Shown piece after piece: positions 23,000-36,185 of a DNA stretch of 64,000 nucleotides (positions are counted from its first letter, which is position 1; the number at the start of each line of letters is the position of its first letter). Source of the stretch: Octopus sinensis (Eukaryota); contig NC_042997.1 in the NCBI RefSeq assembly GCF_006345805.1, positions 131,378,001 to 131,442,000 on the forward strand. The letters run 5' to 3'. Made by a program: the position numbers and the translations under genes. The notes under the pieces were generated by a model. The model made no database searches. It was not told where the DNA came from and saw nothing but the letters and a program-made list of their open reading frames with translations.

Positions 23000-23894
23000 A
23001 TTCACGCACCTTTATCTAACTTTTGGTTGAATAAATGTTCAGGATTTCTCTCCCTTGCTCCTTTTGAGATAAATTTTCATTGATACTAATGATTTTTCCT
23101 CATGCAGTTACAGTTCAAACTGATAAAATTATTTCTTGTTCAGCACCCAAAGTATGGTACAATGCACTTAACTATACATCCATTTAATAGTTACACTCTT
23201 GCATAATAATTGCAAACAATGCCTTAGGATATTGTATACTCTATAGCACAATCGCAACATGATAGCATGGCTATTGTGCTGAACAACAGATCATATCAGA
23301 TGGTAAATGGAGGACTGAGATTCCTGGCACAGCATTGTGAGACACGTCTCAATTGCAGCCACTTGAAGAATAAGATTAATATTATACACTAAATATATTA
23401 ATCATATTTAGATGAACTTTCAGTTAACTTGTCATTTTTATGGCAGCTTTCCTCACTGATTAATTTTAATTTTATCTTCATAAAGTACACATTCCAAAAT
23501 GAAATTCATCTCAATTATTTCTTTGCTATTTGTTTCCCAGCTTGATCATGTAAATTATAAATATATAATTTACATATGTGTGTGTGTGTGTGTATGTGTG
23601 TGAGTGGTTTTGTGTCTTGTGCATCTGTTCATTTTATAGAATAGTTTTTTTCTTCTCCATCAAGTTTTGTCTTCCCACTCAGTTATCTTTTACCAAATCT
23701 CTACTATTTAAACTTGATAACTATTACATGCACCATGCACACATGCATTTATACTCTCTCTGTCGCACACACACACTGAAAACCTCTTCCATTCACCTCT
23801 GGTCACTGACATGCACTTCTCACACCCTCCACTAAACACTTCACCCAATTCTTCTTCCCCATAACTTCCTCTAACTTCCTCTCCTTTCTTTTCA

Positions 23895-24123
23895 TATTTC
23901 TTTATTACCCACAAGGGGCTAAACATAGAGGGGACAAACAAGGACAGACAAAGGGATTAAGTCAATTACATTGACCCCAGTGCTTAACGAGTACTTAATT
24001 TATCGATCCCGAAAGGATGAAAGGCAAAGTCAACCTCAGTGGAATTTGAACTCAGAACGTAACGGCAGACGAAATACCGCTAAGCATTTCACCCGGCATG
24101 CTAATGTTTCTGCCAGCTCTCCT
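23895..24123 (-). mobile_element. SINE family A monomer
   Basis: Head, core and tail as at 1528-1760. Confidence 0.85.
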
Positions 24124-24269
24124 TTCTTTTCTAACAAACATCAACCAACAGATTTTAAGGCTCAGCTTGAACCATTTTGATCCCACTAGGCAGACAATGA
24201 TCATGGGCCCTACTTGCCTTTCCATCTCTCACAGTTTTATATATAAACTAAACCTCATCACATTTCCAT

Positions 24270-24850
24270 GTTGTAATAAGGTGGGAGGCTGAGTATAGTC
24301 AAAACTGCTTGGATATACCATCAAGCATCCCAGTTTAAGATCTTGCTTACTCACTCTTGGCCTTGTCCATGTTTTCAAGTATTGAAGCCAGTAGCAATAT
24401 AGATTAAACATAAATTTATTGTACTAGCCCTAGTACCACAAGCATCTACATCAGGACGGCTTGAGAAGTCAATGAGCATGCCTGAATCCTCCATACATAC
24501 ACATCACATATCTGTATCAGCACAGTCTTCTCTCTTGCGTATAACATAATATTCCTCTCATGTCCTTCTTCACTTTCAGTTTATTTGTGTCTTATCATTA
24601 ATGTACATTGTGATAACACATGCAGCAGAGAAAGAATGCTTGCTTTATTTTTTTCTAGCATTCACAACACTTCCACATTCGAAGCTCATATCTTGTTTCC
24701 ATGCAACATTGCTCTTTGTACACATCATGTTGTCTCCTTTTGCTCTGAAGGAGAAACCTTTATCAGTGGAAGCAGTTGCATGCTGAAATTTTTCTACCCA
24801 GTTCTTACTCTGGTTATTATATTTTCAGAACTTCTTCTCCTCTGTTAAAT
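24270..24850 (-). mobile_element. Old RTE LINE 3' fragment
   Basis: Minus-strand translation with frameshifts ARVRTG.KNFS..LLPL.KGFSFRAKG...RAMLHG...LEKNKASIL parallels ARVRIAWAKFRELLPLLVTKGLSHRVKG...TAMLHGSE...LARNEASML of the young RTE. Confidence 0.6.
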
Positions 24851-24994
24851 ACATAGCAAAAATTATCAACTACTTCTGGAGAACCTGCTAAGGAAAATAT
24901 TTCATGTATTGGCCTGACTCTCCATCAGTTACAACGAGTGTTCCAGTTGATCTAATCAATGGAACAGACTGCTCCTTGAATAAAATATCTACTT

Positions 24995-25147
24995 AGGAGT
25001 GGCTGTGTGGTAAGTAGCTTGCTTACGAACCACATGGTTCCTGATTCAGTCCCACTGTGTGGCACCTTGGGCTCGTGTCTTCAACTATAGCCTCAGGCCA
25101 ACCAAAGCCTTGTGAGTGGATTTGGTAGACGGAAACTGAAAGAAGCG

Positions 25148-25200
<53 letters not shown>

Positions 25201-25422
25201 ATGTGTGCGTGTGTGTTTGTGTGTCTGTGTTTGTCCCCCAACATCGCTTGACAACCGATGCTGGTCTGTTTACGTCCCCGTAACTTAGCAGTTCGGCAAA
25301 AGATACTGATAGAATAAGTACTAAGCTTACAAAGAATAAGTCCTGGGGTCGATTTGCTCGACTAAAGGCGGTGCTCGAGCATGGCCACAGTCACATGACT
25401 GAAACAAGTAAAAGAGTAAAAG
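24995..25422 (+). mobile_element. SINE family B
   Basis: Full match; internal (TA)n(TG)n. Confidence 0.85.
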
Positions 25423-27433
25423 ACTTCAAGTCCCTATTGTCCAGTCAGTGGCACATGATATTGAACTATGAAGATATTCAATCACTTATACACTGTAATT
25501 ATATCCAACCAGCCATTGAAGTGCCTCTGCACTGTCATTCAACCTGCGATAAAATAACCAAATCTCCTCAAATCAGATCACACTGTTGTAAAGGACGAAC
25601 ACATTGAATAATGTCCTCTTAGATATATAAAATGTTGGAGTGCTCATTGCCTGCAATTTTTTTATTGTAGGGTTGGTTCCATCAGGGCTGATCAGGGACT
25701 AAAAAAACAATTATATCAAATTTTGCTACTAATTGATAGTACTTAGCTATTTTCATAAAGTACCCAGCTAAAAGATATTAAATATTAAATAACTTTATGA
25801 TAATATCCACCCTTTCAGACATTAAAAAATCAATCATCTTAGATATTCAATTTGGTATGCAGCCTGAAGATGAAATATCTAACTACCATGTTTTATAATT
25901 GAGTTACTTGGATACAATACCAAGCTGCTTAGTTATACAATATCCAAGTACAATAATATGTTCAGTATCCATTTAATCCATACTAGCATGGATTGGATGC
26001 GTCTGTAGCCTATAGCATTTCTTCTCTATAGTTGTCTTTACTCCTTTCTCACTTCCTTCTTTTTTGCATTGTAGTATCCAGTTAAAATATCTCACTGACA
26101 TATCCTAGATTTAGGAAGAGCCTTGAGATATTGATTTTCTAACTTAAACAAAAGACCCCCATATTTGGCTGGAAGAGGAAGTGGTTTATAGCGATCCCAA
26201 TACTTCATGGGTATTTATTTTATTGACCCCTGAAGAATGAAAAGTAAAGTCAACTTTAGTGGGGTTCAAACAAGGAACATAAAGTGACATAACTAAATAC
26301 TTCAAAGCATTTTTATCCAATAGTTTACCAATTCTGCCAATCCAATTCCTGCTAGCTAAATAAATATTTATAGATAAAAACCTGCTACTTATGATAGCCT
26401 ACCATTTATGGAATGGTATCAAATTAATGGAATGATGTATCTCACTCACATGATACAAAATTGAGCTGCTTGGATACAACATGAAGCATCATAGATCATT
26501 ATCTGCTGACTGAACTAAAATATGCATGTATTTAGAATATTGAGTAGTGGAGATAAAATATCAAAATACTAATTTATAATAATATACCCATAATGATACA
26601 GACATGGCTGTGTGGTTAAGAAGTTGACTTTTCAAACACATGGTTTGGGGTTCAATCTAACTGTAGGGTACCTTGAGCCTCGGTAAATGTTTTTCTACTG
26701 GAGTTTCAAGTTGACTACTGCCTTTTTAGTGAAATTTGGTAGATGGAAACTGTATGGAAGCCTGTGTATGCATACATGCATGAGTCTCTTTCAGTATGTC
26801 TTCATATTAGCACTGTTTGAATAGCAATGACGACGATATTCATGTCCCACTTAAAGAAAATGTTTAGTAGTTCAGTGGTTGACACATCAAGAGATGAAAC
26901 AGAAAAAAAGAAAACATTCTTGAGAACGGGTCTGACATCAGGAAGGATATGTAGCCATAGGAAACATCCTCAAAAAATCTTGTCCAACCTGTGCCAGCAT
27001 GGATGTGAAATTACTGTGGTGTAATGTCTTCAAAACTTTTACAATATGAGAAGATAACTTTCCTTTGGGGTACGGTTATTAGTTTGCTTCACTTCAGTGG
27101 CTTTTCATCATCATCGTTTAACATCCGCTTTCCATGCTGGCATGGGTTGGACGATTTGACTGAGGACTGGCAAACCAGATGGCTGCACCTGGCTTTCGAT
27201 ATATTCCATTTTGAACAACAAAAATCAGCCACCCTTTAGTCTTATCGAGGACATGACACTTCCTTAGTGATGGTGTCAAGAGAAAAGCATTCAGTGTATT
27301 CAGTACCGTTCTGTAGCTTGTAGAAACTAAACCCAGAAACGGTATTCCAACCCATCTAAATGTGCAGTGCTGCAAATATGCTTTGACTTAAAATGATGAA
27401 TAATGATGGTAATGTTAGTATAATGGTAATATT

Positions 27434-27851
27434 AAGGCGGTGAGCTGGCAGAATTGTTAGCACACCAGGCGAAATGCTTAATGGTATTTCGTCTGCCATT
27501 AGGTTCTGAGTTCAAATTCTGCCGAGGTCAACTTTGCCTTTCATCCTTTCGGGGTCGATAAATTAAGTACCAGTTACCCACTGGGGTCGATGTAATCGAC
27601 TTAATCCGTTTGTCTGTCTTTGTTTGTCCTCTCTGTGTTTAGCCCCTTGTGGGTAGTAAAGAAATAGGTATTTCGTCTGCCGTTACATTCTGAGTTCAAA
27701 TTCCACTGAGGTCGACTTTGCCTTTCATCCTTTCGGGGTTGATAAATTAAGTACCAGTTACACACTGGGGTTGATGTAATCGACTTATTCCCTTTGTCTG
27801 TCCTTGTTTGTACCCTCTATGTTTAGCCCCTTGTGGGCAATAAAGAAGTAA
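27434..27851 (+). mobile_element. SINE family A dimer
   Basis: 184-bp period (ggtattt at 27483 and 27667). Confidence 0.85.
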
Positions 27852-29931
27852 ATGTTGATAGAATTAAATTGATTTGTTAAATATGAAGAAACTTGAAATT
27901 ATAAATTCAAATGGAAATATTCACAAATTTTCGTTTTCATCTCAAACATACAAACAACATAATTGAAGTAAAATAGCTTTAATCTGAATTTAATCTGGGA
28001 GTCATACTCATTGCTTAGAGAATCATGATGTGATGGGTTGCAGATTCTTTTGATGCTTTGCCAAATGAAGGAACAGCAAGACACTTAGTGTCTTGGTTTG
28101 CTGAGCAACCTTCACAATGAATATTATTACAGTGGGCGTGGTTTGTGCAGAGCAAGTCCCACCCTATCATCCTCCACACTTGTATTGATTTAGTACTACA
28201 AGTGCCACAAGCCAAGTAGTCATCAGAATGAGGATTTTTGTCGAGTTACCGTCTCTTAGATGAATAGCTAAAAAGCTGAGGAACTTCCTCTGACCTGGGT
28301 CCTTCGGGGAATCCATTAGCGACCTTTTTGTGGTAATTCTGCAACATGCTGATTAACTCATAGTTGAGATACTACCAGATGCTACTACTATGGGTCAGAG
28401 TAGATCTGGGAACAATAGGGGCTAAGAGGTGATCTCACATCCTCAAAAACCTGGGCCCACACAACTGGATGCAGTTTAAGGGCATACTTTCAGCTTAGAG
28501 AATCAGAATGATGATATATAAACTAGTGAAAAGAAACGGTAATGAGATGAAGAATAATATGAAATTGCCATTTTTATCGCATTCACTAGAAATAACAAAG
28601 AATGGAAATTATGATGAAAAAACCATTGCAAGGATATATTGGAACATAATCACACAGTCTTCCATCCCAAATAGATATAAAATGTATAACTGGCAGCTTT
28701 GTCTCAGCAATTGTGCCAAAACTGAAATTACAGATGCTTTGTAGAGAAGGTATTAGGAATGTAAATGGAATGAAATGGCTTCAGTTGATAATTGCAATTA
28801 AAGTTTGAATGATTTGCACTACTTTGGTTTTATTAATTTTGAAAATAATTAAGAATTAAAAAAAATATCAGTAATTATTAAGCTGGCGTTTGGAACATAA
28901 ATTAACAAGAAATTATGATGGAAAGCTTTAATTTAAACCACTTTAAAATAGAAGGTTTATATGATAGGACTGAGAGCAATTTCTGTGGATTTGGTAACAA
29001 AAAGATTCAACAATCATAACATTGATGGTTTCTTAGCTTTATACTATACTGTCTGAGAGTTATTATCAAGGGAAAATGGTATTCTGCTATATACATACCT
29101 TTCCTGGAGATATTAGTCAGATAGGAAATTTTAGAGTTCTATGAAAAGACAAAACTAAGTTAAGGAGCAGTGAATAAAGAATTCGCAAAACAAGGATAGA
29201 ACTGATTTATTCAAAGATTAGTATCAGTGGGAAGCCATTGTGTTGATGCTCACCCACTACATTTCACATATAAAACATTAGTGGCAGCAACATTGGTAGT
29301 AATGGTAATAAGAGCTGCAACATTAGTTTTCTTTGACACACTAACTTCATTATAGTAAGCCGTTCTTATCAATAGCCTCATAAATTACTACTATGCATTA
29401 CAGTTGTATTGGTATTTCTTCAGAATATCTTGTATCATAGATATAAAGATATTGGATATACTATGATTGCTAGAATATAAAACAAACCAGAGAGCTAAAG
29501 GCACATTGGAATATATAAAGTTCTATCTCTACAAGAGTGTTTGGAGAGGGAGGTGAAAAATGTGTTTTCCAATTACATTTATTGAAGTAAATAATTCCAT
29601 GTATTAAAAGATACAATGGAATTTCGAAATATATATTTTGGAGTAAACAAAATTCTGTCTAATATACTGCCAAATATGGTACAATTCGTTTTAGTTTAAT
29701 CTTGTTTTGCTTACAGATGAAAACAAAAATGATAAAAATAAAACATTGATTTTGATGGGATTTTGTAAGATATTCTTCAGGAATAATCACTTGAATTGTG
29801 ACATTTAAATCTCACATATCATCCTCTCCACATAGTCTTCATCCTCACCACCTCTCTCACTCTGTTAGATGCTCTCTCTCTCCTCCCCTCCATCTTTCTC
29901 TCTCTCTCCCTCTTATTCTCTCTCTCACTAA

Positions 29932-29968
<37 letters not shown>

Positions 29969-30318
29969 AATGGATGTCTTATAAAACTTTTCTGCACATA
30001 CAATAACAGCCATACCAATAATCCAACATACCTCCATCATCAGCTGCCCACAGATATCACTATGGTTTTGACACCTAGGCATTACCATTCAATTCGGTGG
30101 TGTCAACAACACTAAAATAAGTATTGTTTGGAAAAAAGCATACCTTAGATATGACCACATTCACTCAATCTTAACTCTAGGAAGGCTTAAGCACTAACAT
30201 TATTAATTAAATTACAACAAAGAAACCACATTTACTCTATGTACAAAAACAGTATTGGTAAAAAAAATCAGTAAGTAAACATATATATATATATATATAA
30301 AATCAATTAGTAAACCTA

Positions 30319-30560
30319 TCTATTATATAAAATCTGTTCTGTCTGTCTGTGTGTGTGTCTTCTAGGATCTCGGGCATCCTCCATCCAATTGCGCTCAAAT
30401 TTGATATGTAGATACCGACGGTATCACGGCGTGTATAAGCCTTGAAAAAATGACAAAAATCGATTCCAGGTGAGAATGCGATCGATAAAGTCATGGGAAT
30501 GTGCATTTGTAAAATCATTTTTCTTGGAATAGAAAAAAAGTCTATCTTTATTTCTTCTTT
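30319..30560 (+). mobile_element. Helitron-type non-autonomous element, 5' part
   Basis: TC start tctattatataaaa followed by (gtct)n; CpG-rich interior; 3' end not located. Confidence 0.5.
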
Positions 30561-32116
30561 TACTGGTGTCTCAAATTTAGGTTAAATCAGTGTTTCTCAA
30601 AGGGGAGGCCTATGGGACGCAGTATGTCACCATTTGTCATCTCTTTCATGAGTCTCAAATTCTTGGAATTAGTCTTCATCACTTCATTACATTTCTTGTT
30701 TGGTCTCACTCTTGTACAAGTTCTATCCACAATACCATACATAGTATTTCCTTCTGGATACTACATCCGATTCTTTTATATCCAACTTTTCTCTCAGCTT
30801 AATCGTGTTCTGTCATCTCTTACCTTCAACAGAGTATTCAAGGTTATGTGGAGCAGAAATAACCCCACCCCTGTCAAGGATGATAGCATATTACAAACAC
30901 CCATATCAATCATGATGTAGACCTATGACAAAAAACATTCAAACCTGTATTATCTCATTCTTTTAGTTTTTGGTTGGGTGGAAGATATTTTAAGCTACAT
31001 TATCTTATGTACCCTGTTCTTTTTTCTTTTTTTAAGATAAGGTGTGATTTGAAGGAGATTAGGTTGCTATTTCTAAAAGTTTGAATAACCGCATAGAAGC
31101 TCAGCTCCATCATAACGTTGTAAAGTGATTTGGTGCATAACACCCTCCAGCAATTTAAACTGATGCAATGCAGAGTGATGTGTTTTGCTCAGAATCACCA
31201 GTCTCGGTTCTGACACTTGTATTCACATACCAGTTGATTGAAATCTCATGTATTGATGACACTGGTCTAATTTTAAAAGTAACGAAATGAAACAGAATAA
31301 AAATAATCATCTGTAGCATTATTGGTTATGTCTGTGAATACATATATGTATATATGTGTGTTTATATTGACTAACTGACCAATCAATAAAACCTATACAA
31401 AGATTTGATGTTGTGGAGTATATATGACTTCAGGGCGAGATGTTTTGAGGAACTCACATATAAATCTTATTAACAAATAGTCGACGTGTTTTATAAAAGT
31501 GACACTTGAAAATTACTTCTGGCCAAGCAAAAGCTGACAGTCTTGAGCAGTTTCATAGATCAGATGAAAAATATATTTAAAAGCTAAAAAATTTACAAAA
31601 ATTGTATATAGAAATGAACAATTGCATATAAAAACGGTTGTGTGGTAAGAAATTCGTTTTGCAACAATGTGGTTCTGAGTTCACTCTCCTTGTATGGCAC
31701 TTAGGGCAGTTTAGCATCTTTTACTAGTGCCATAGGCCAACCGAAACATTGTACAAAGCCCATTGTAGATTTGTGAAAATGTTTACTTTCAGCAATCATA
31801 TGAACTTTGATCAGTGTTCTTCATTGTTATTTTTCTATCAACAATTTGTTCTGTAGCTCTGTGGTTTTGAAGATGAGCAGATAAAGGTTAGTAGTTGAAA
31901 AAGCTGTAAAATACAATTTCTGCATTTATCCAATTCATGCTAGCATAGAAAGAAATGGCATAAAATATCAAATTTGTGCACACATACACATGTGTGTATG
32001 TATAATATATATATATATATATTTGAAAAAGTGTAGGTGGCATACAAGTAGGTATATATTTATAAAAAAGAAGTTTGAAAACACCACTATATAAGATAAA
32101 TTTAATTTTCTTAGAG

Positions 32117-32164
32117 ATTTTACATGTTTCGGTTCTTCTTGAAAAAACAAACCTTATCAAAAAT
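32117..32164 (-). ncRNA. Candidate minimal type-I hammerhead ribozyme with U3-A8 core
   Basis: Minus strand attt-TTGATAA-ggtttgttttttcaagaagaacc-GAAA-CATG-TA^aaat: stems I, II and III all pair; G10.1-C11.1; GUA cleavage triplet; palindromic ACAUGU. Confidence 0.5.
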
Positions 32165-32338
32165 ATTTTAAAAAGTTAAGTTTAATAAAAAAGTTCATAA
32201 TTGTTTCTTACTAGTCTCAACAGAGTCCACGTGGTGGTATTTTGTGGGGGAAAGCATAATGGCTGTCTTGTGCATTGACTAGAATCATTGACTGTAATCA
32301 TGAAGGTGACTGTTGGTTGTAATAGCAGCTGTAGCAGA

Positions 32339-32375
<37 letters not shown>

Positions 32376-32505
32376 GATTGTGACCTAACACTCCGTTGTG
32401 CCCCTAGTGTAAAACCGATTGGTAAAATTAGCTGTAATGGATGTACAATACCGTACGCTTCAGATATTATATATACACATACATCATATATGTGTGTGCG
32501 TGAGT

Positions 32506-32544
<39 letters not shown>

Positions 32545-32632
32545 GTTGTGTTTAAGAAGTTTCCAAAGCCATGTGAATGGATTTGGTGAACAGAAGCTGA
32601 AAGAAACCCATTATATATATATGTGTGTATGG

Positions 32633-32663
<31 letters not shown>

Positions 32664-33603
32664 GATGCCAGGAGACAATTGTAAATAAATGTCACTATCA
32701 TGCAAGCAGTCTCCTGCATTTCTGATCATCAACCAAATCTATCCACAGGGAAATACTTTGTTGCTTGGAAATAGATGAGGGTTGGCAACAGTGAAGGCAT
32801 CATGCCACAGAAAATCTGCCCCATCAAATTCCATCTAACCCATGCAAACATGGAAAAGAGGACGTTAAAATGATAATACATTTGATTGTGAGATAGTGTG
32901 TGCATATTTATGCTATCATTATTCAAACTGAGGTTTTTGCTTCTTCTTTTATCAAATATTTTACCATCTGAAAGTCATTTAATAAAGCATTTACATTCTT
33001 CCAAGCTGTGGAAGTACATAAGTCAGCCAAAGTTTGACATTTTCCAAATAATTTATTATCTTAGAGTCACATTTTTATGACTATTTTGATACTAAACTAC
33101 AAGAAACTGACTAGTTCTGATGCAAAATCTCTTGTTTTAAAGTGTTCATACATAAATTGAAAAACCAAAAAGAATTGAATTAAAACATTCCATTATAATT
33201 ACATGTAAAAATCTTTTATGTTATGTTCCAAAAACCATGAAAATGGCGTGTGCAACATAACTGATAATGAAGAAGTTAATTGTTTTACTAGATCCCTTTA
33301 AATTTTTAATTTTCAAAATAATATTGAGTGAACCTAGGAAATGCGTTTCGTTAAAAATCGGTTAATGAAAGGGTTAAATTAAAAACTGTGAAATTGAAGC
33401 TGAAGTAAATTTACGCTTACAAAAACATGCATGTGGTAGTAGCTCCATGCATAAGTCAATACAGTAACTGAGGAACATCCACAGCATTGTGATCAAAGCC
33501 TAACTCTCAGTGGATGAATTCTTATATCTCTAGGTAGTCTGCTCTTTATTGTTTAATAACAGGTCAGCTATGATCAAGGGAATCTATAACCAAAGCTGTT
33601 CTG

Positions 33604-34564
33604 ATAATAATAATAATGAAATTATTGTATATAGTGCTCAGGTGCACCACAACTTGTCAAAAGTGCGTATAAAGCATATGCAGTAATGTACAAATGTCTG
33701 GGAAGTGAACAGTGTATGAGTCAGATACATGCTTGCGTGTATATGGAGGAGAGAAAATCAGGTGTAGTATTGGTGAATCTCAGGAAGCATGGAAGTTTTG
33801 AAGGATGCAGTGCTCCGACAACTAACAACTGATGCTGGCAGTTTGTTCCATGCTTCAGCAACTCTCAGCGTGAAAAAACGTTTCTGAAAGTCATGGGAGC
33901 TGTGCTGTTTTCTGACTTTGTAAACATGTTCATGGGTGTTAGGCAGGTAGAGTTTGAAAAGGTGCTCAGAGTTATTGTTAGTAAGATGGTTAATAATTTT
34001 ATGGGTGTCTGCCAAGTCAGCTGCCAGACGTTGGAGTTTCAATGTATCCATGCCCAGGGAAGTAAGGCGTTCAGAATATGGCAAATGCCTGATGGAGGGT
34101 ATTCTCTTGGTTGCACATCGCTGAATAGTTTCCAGACGATTAATATTCTGGGCAAGATAGGGGTTCCTGACCAGTGATGCAAATTCCAGGTGAGGCTGCA
34201 CCATAGCTATATATAGCCTCAGATAGATAGCCAGAGAGCAGCTCACAAAAGACTTGGTGAGTGATGCCAAGACACCCTCAGCCTTCTTGGCAATTTTAGC
34301 AATGTGTTTTGTCCAATGCAAATCGCTGTTGACAATAATGTCCAGGTCACGTTCACAAGAAGATTTTTTGAGGTTAGTGTTGTGGAGGGAGTAAGTAGAC
34401 GCTGGGTTTTTCCACCCAAAATGCATGGTGGTACATTTGTCCACAACCAGCTTGAGTTGCCAGTCCATGATCCACTGCTGCATTGTGTCCAGGTCTGATT
34501 GCATTAAAAATCTATAGTGTACAGGATCTGTCCTCTTTATTTTGAGGTACAGCTTGATGATCAT
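33604..34564 (-). mobile_element. 5'-truncated CR1-type LINE (RT C-terminal part, 3' UTR and (ATT)n tail)
   Basis: ORF 33758-34564: QSDLDTMQQW..DWQLKLVVDKC, ERDLDIIV.SDL, LYIAMVQPHLEFAS, LETIQRCATK, LPYSERL..LG..TL, FFTLRVAEAWNKLP..VV. Confidence 0.88.
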
Positions 34565-35414
34565 GACAATTTTCTCCTCTCCCTTTTTCCCTTTTGTTTT
34601 GGATTAGTGTAACAATGATTATTTTTATCCAATGTGTTCTCTTTGAAAACTATAGCGTGTAATTCCAGGGTACTATTTTCTCTAGGTTAAGCTCCCTCAA
34701 AGAAGTCTCTCTGCTAACTAGCTCATGGGTATCAGATTCATTTGGCTTTGCAGGCTGGACTGAAGCATAAACTAGATCCTGCAAGCTTGGATAAGGAGGA
34801 TTATTCCTGAAAAAACCTTTTCATAATGTAAACGAAAGTAAACGGTTAAAGAAGTCATATATATTATAACAACTTTCTTAATGATAAAGGAAAGAATATG
34901 AGTTGTTAGCAAAGCTTGTGTACAGAAATGTGTAGGAAAATCAGTGGCTGTGTGGTAAGAAGTTTGCTTTCCAACCATATAGTTCTGGGTCCAGTCCCAC
35001 TGCGTGGCACTTTGGGCAAGTGTCTTTGGTTGGCCTTGGGTTGACCAAAGCCTTGTGAGTGGATTTGGTAGGTGGAAACTGAAAGAAGTCCATCATACAT
35101 ATGTGTGTTTGTCCCCCACCACCGCTTTACATCCCCATAACTTAGCAGTTCGGCAAAAGAAACTGAGAGAATAAATACCAGGCTTAAACAAGAAATCAGT
35201 ATTGGGTTGATTCATTCAACAAAACACTCTTAAAGGCATGGCCCAGTCTGCTGATTGAATCAAGTAAAAGGTACATATACAATCCTATTAAATAAGAGTT
35301 CTTAGAATGGAAATATAGAAACTGTCCAAATGAATGCAGTGTTACACTCTGAACATAGCGTACTCTCTCCACTGATTAATCTATTTCTGTATATTTGTTT
35401 TGTCCCCAGGTTAA

Positions 35415-35850
35415 TCATCATCATCGTTTAACATCTGCTTTCCATGCTAGCATGGGTTGGATGATTTGACTGAGAACTGGTGAACCAGATGTCTGCACCA
35501 GGCTCCAATCTTATCTGGCAGAGTTTCTACAGCTGAATGCCCTTCCTAATGCCAACCACTCTGAGAGTGTAGTGGGTGCTTTTACGTGCCAACGGCACGA
35601 GGGCCAGTCAGGCGGTACTGGCAATGGCCACACCCAAATGGTGCTTTTTATGTGCCACCTGCACAGGAGACAGTCCACTGGCACTGGCAACAACCTTGCT
35701 CAAATGTTTTTTCACATGCCACCAGCACAAGTGCCAGTAAGGCAACGCAGGTAATGATCACACTTGAATGGTGCTTTTTACATGCCACCGGCACAGAAGC
35801 CAGTTTGTTGCTCTGGCAGTGATCACACTCAGATGGTAATCTTAGCACTC
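35415..35850 (-). mobile_element. 5'-truncated RTE 3' UTR copy (similar pieces at 7340-7470, 21850-21925, 22560-22770, 27105-27200, 53690-53935, 60180-60335)
   Basis: catcatcatcgtttaacatctgctttccatgctagcatgggttgg...gtgccaccggcac repeats as at 11101-11460. Confidence 0.8.
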
Positions 35851-35919
35851 CACTGAATAATTAAAATCAATGATCAAAGACATCCCAGCTGTGGCTATCC
35901 TGTCTTTTATTCAAATATA

Positions 35920-36135
35920 CAAGGGGGTGCTGAAAAGTTCCTAGCTTTAAGGATATCGTGAAAGGCCTGGTTGGAGGTCCAACCTTTCGAGTTCTTTAAG
36001 AAGGCTTAGAAAAACTGAAGAGCCACTGTAATAAGTATGTCAATCTGAAAAGGGAATACGTTGACTAAAACTGTAATTAACTGATCCTCCTGTATTTTCT
36101 TTTACCCAAAGCCAGGAACTTTTCAACACCCTTTG
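35920..36135 (+). mobile_element. Mariner-derived MITE
   Basis: TA|caagggggtgctgaaaagttcctagcttt ... aaagccaggaacttttcaacaccctttg|TA; residual transposase C-terminus FKKGLEKLKSHCNKYVNLKREYVD*. Confidence 0.8.
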
Positions 36136-36185
36136 TAATGTTTTTTTCATGAATCCTGTTATTCATGTACCCTTCCTTTGTTTAA

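Noticed and set aside
1224-27851. CRISPR-like or satellite array interpretation of repeated units
   Set aside because: Units are SINE monomers without unique spacers; eukaryotic context, no cas genes
29220-29560. Hydrophobic frame vaguely like a TLC-domain protein
   Set aside because: Several in-frame stops; composition expected from AT-rich DNA
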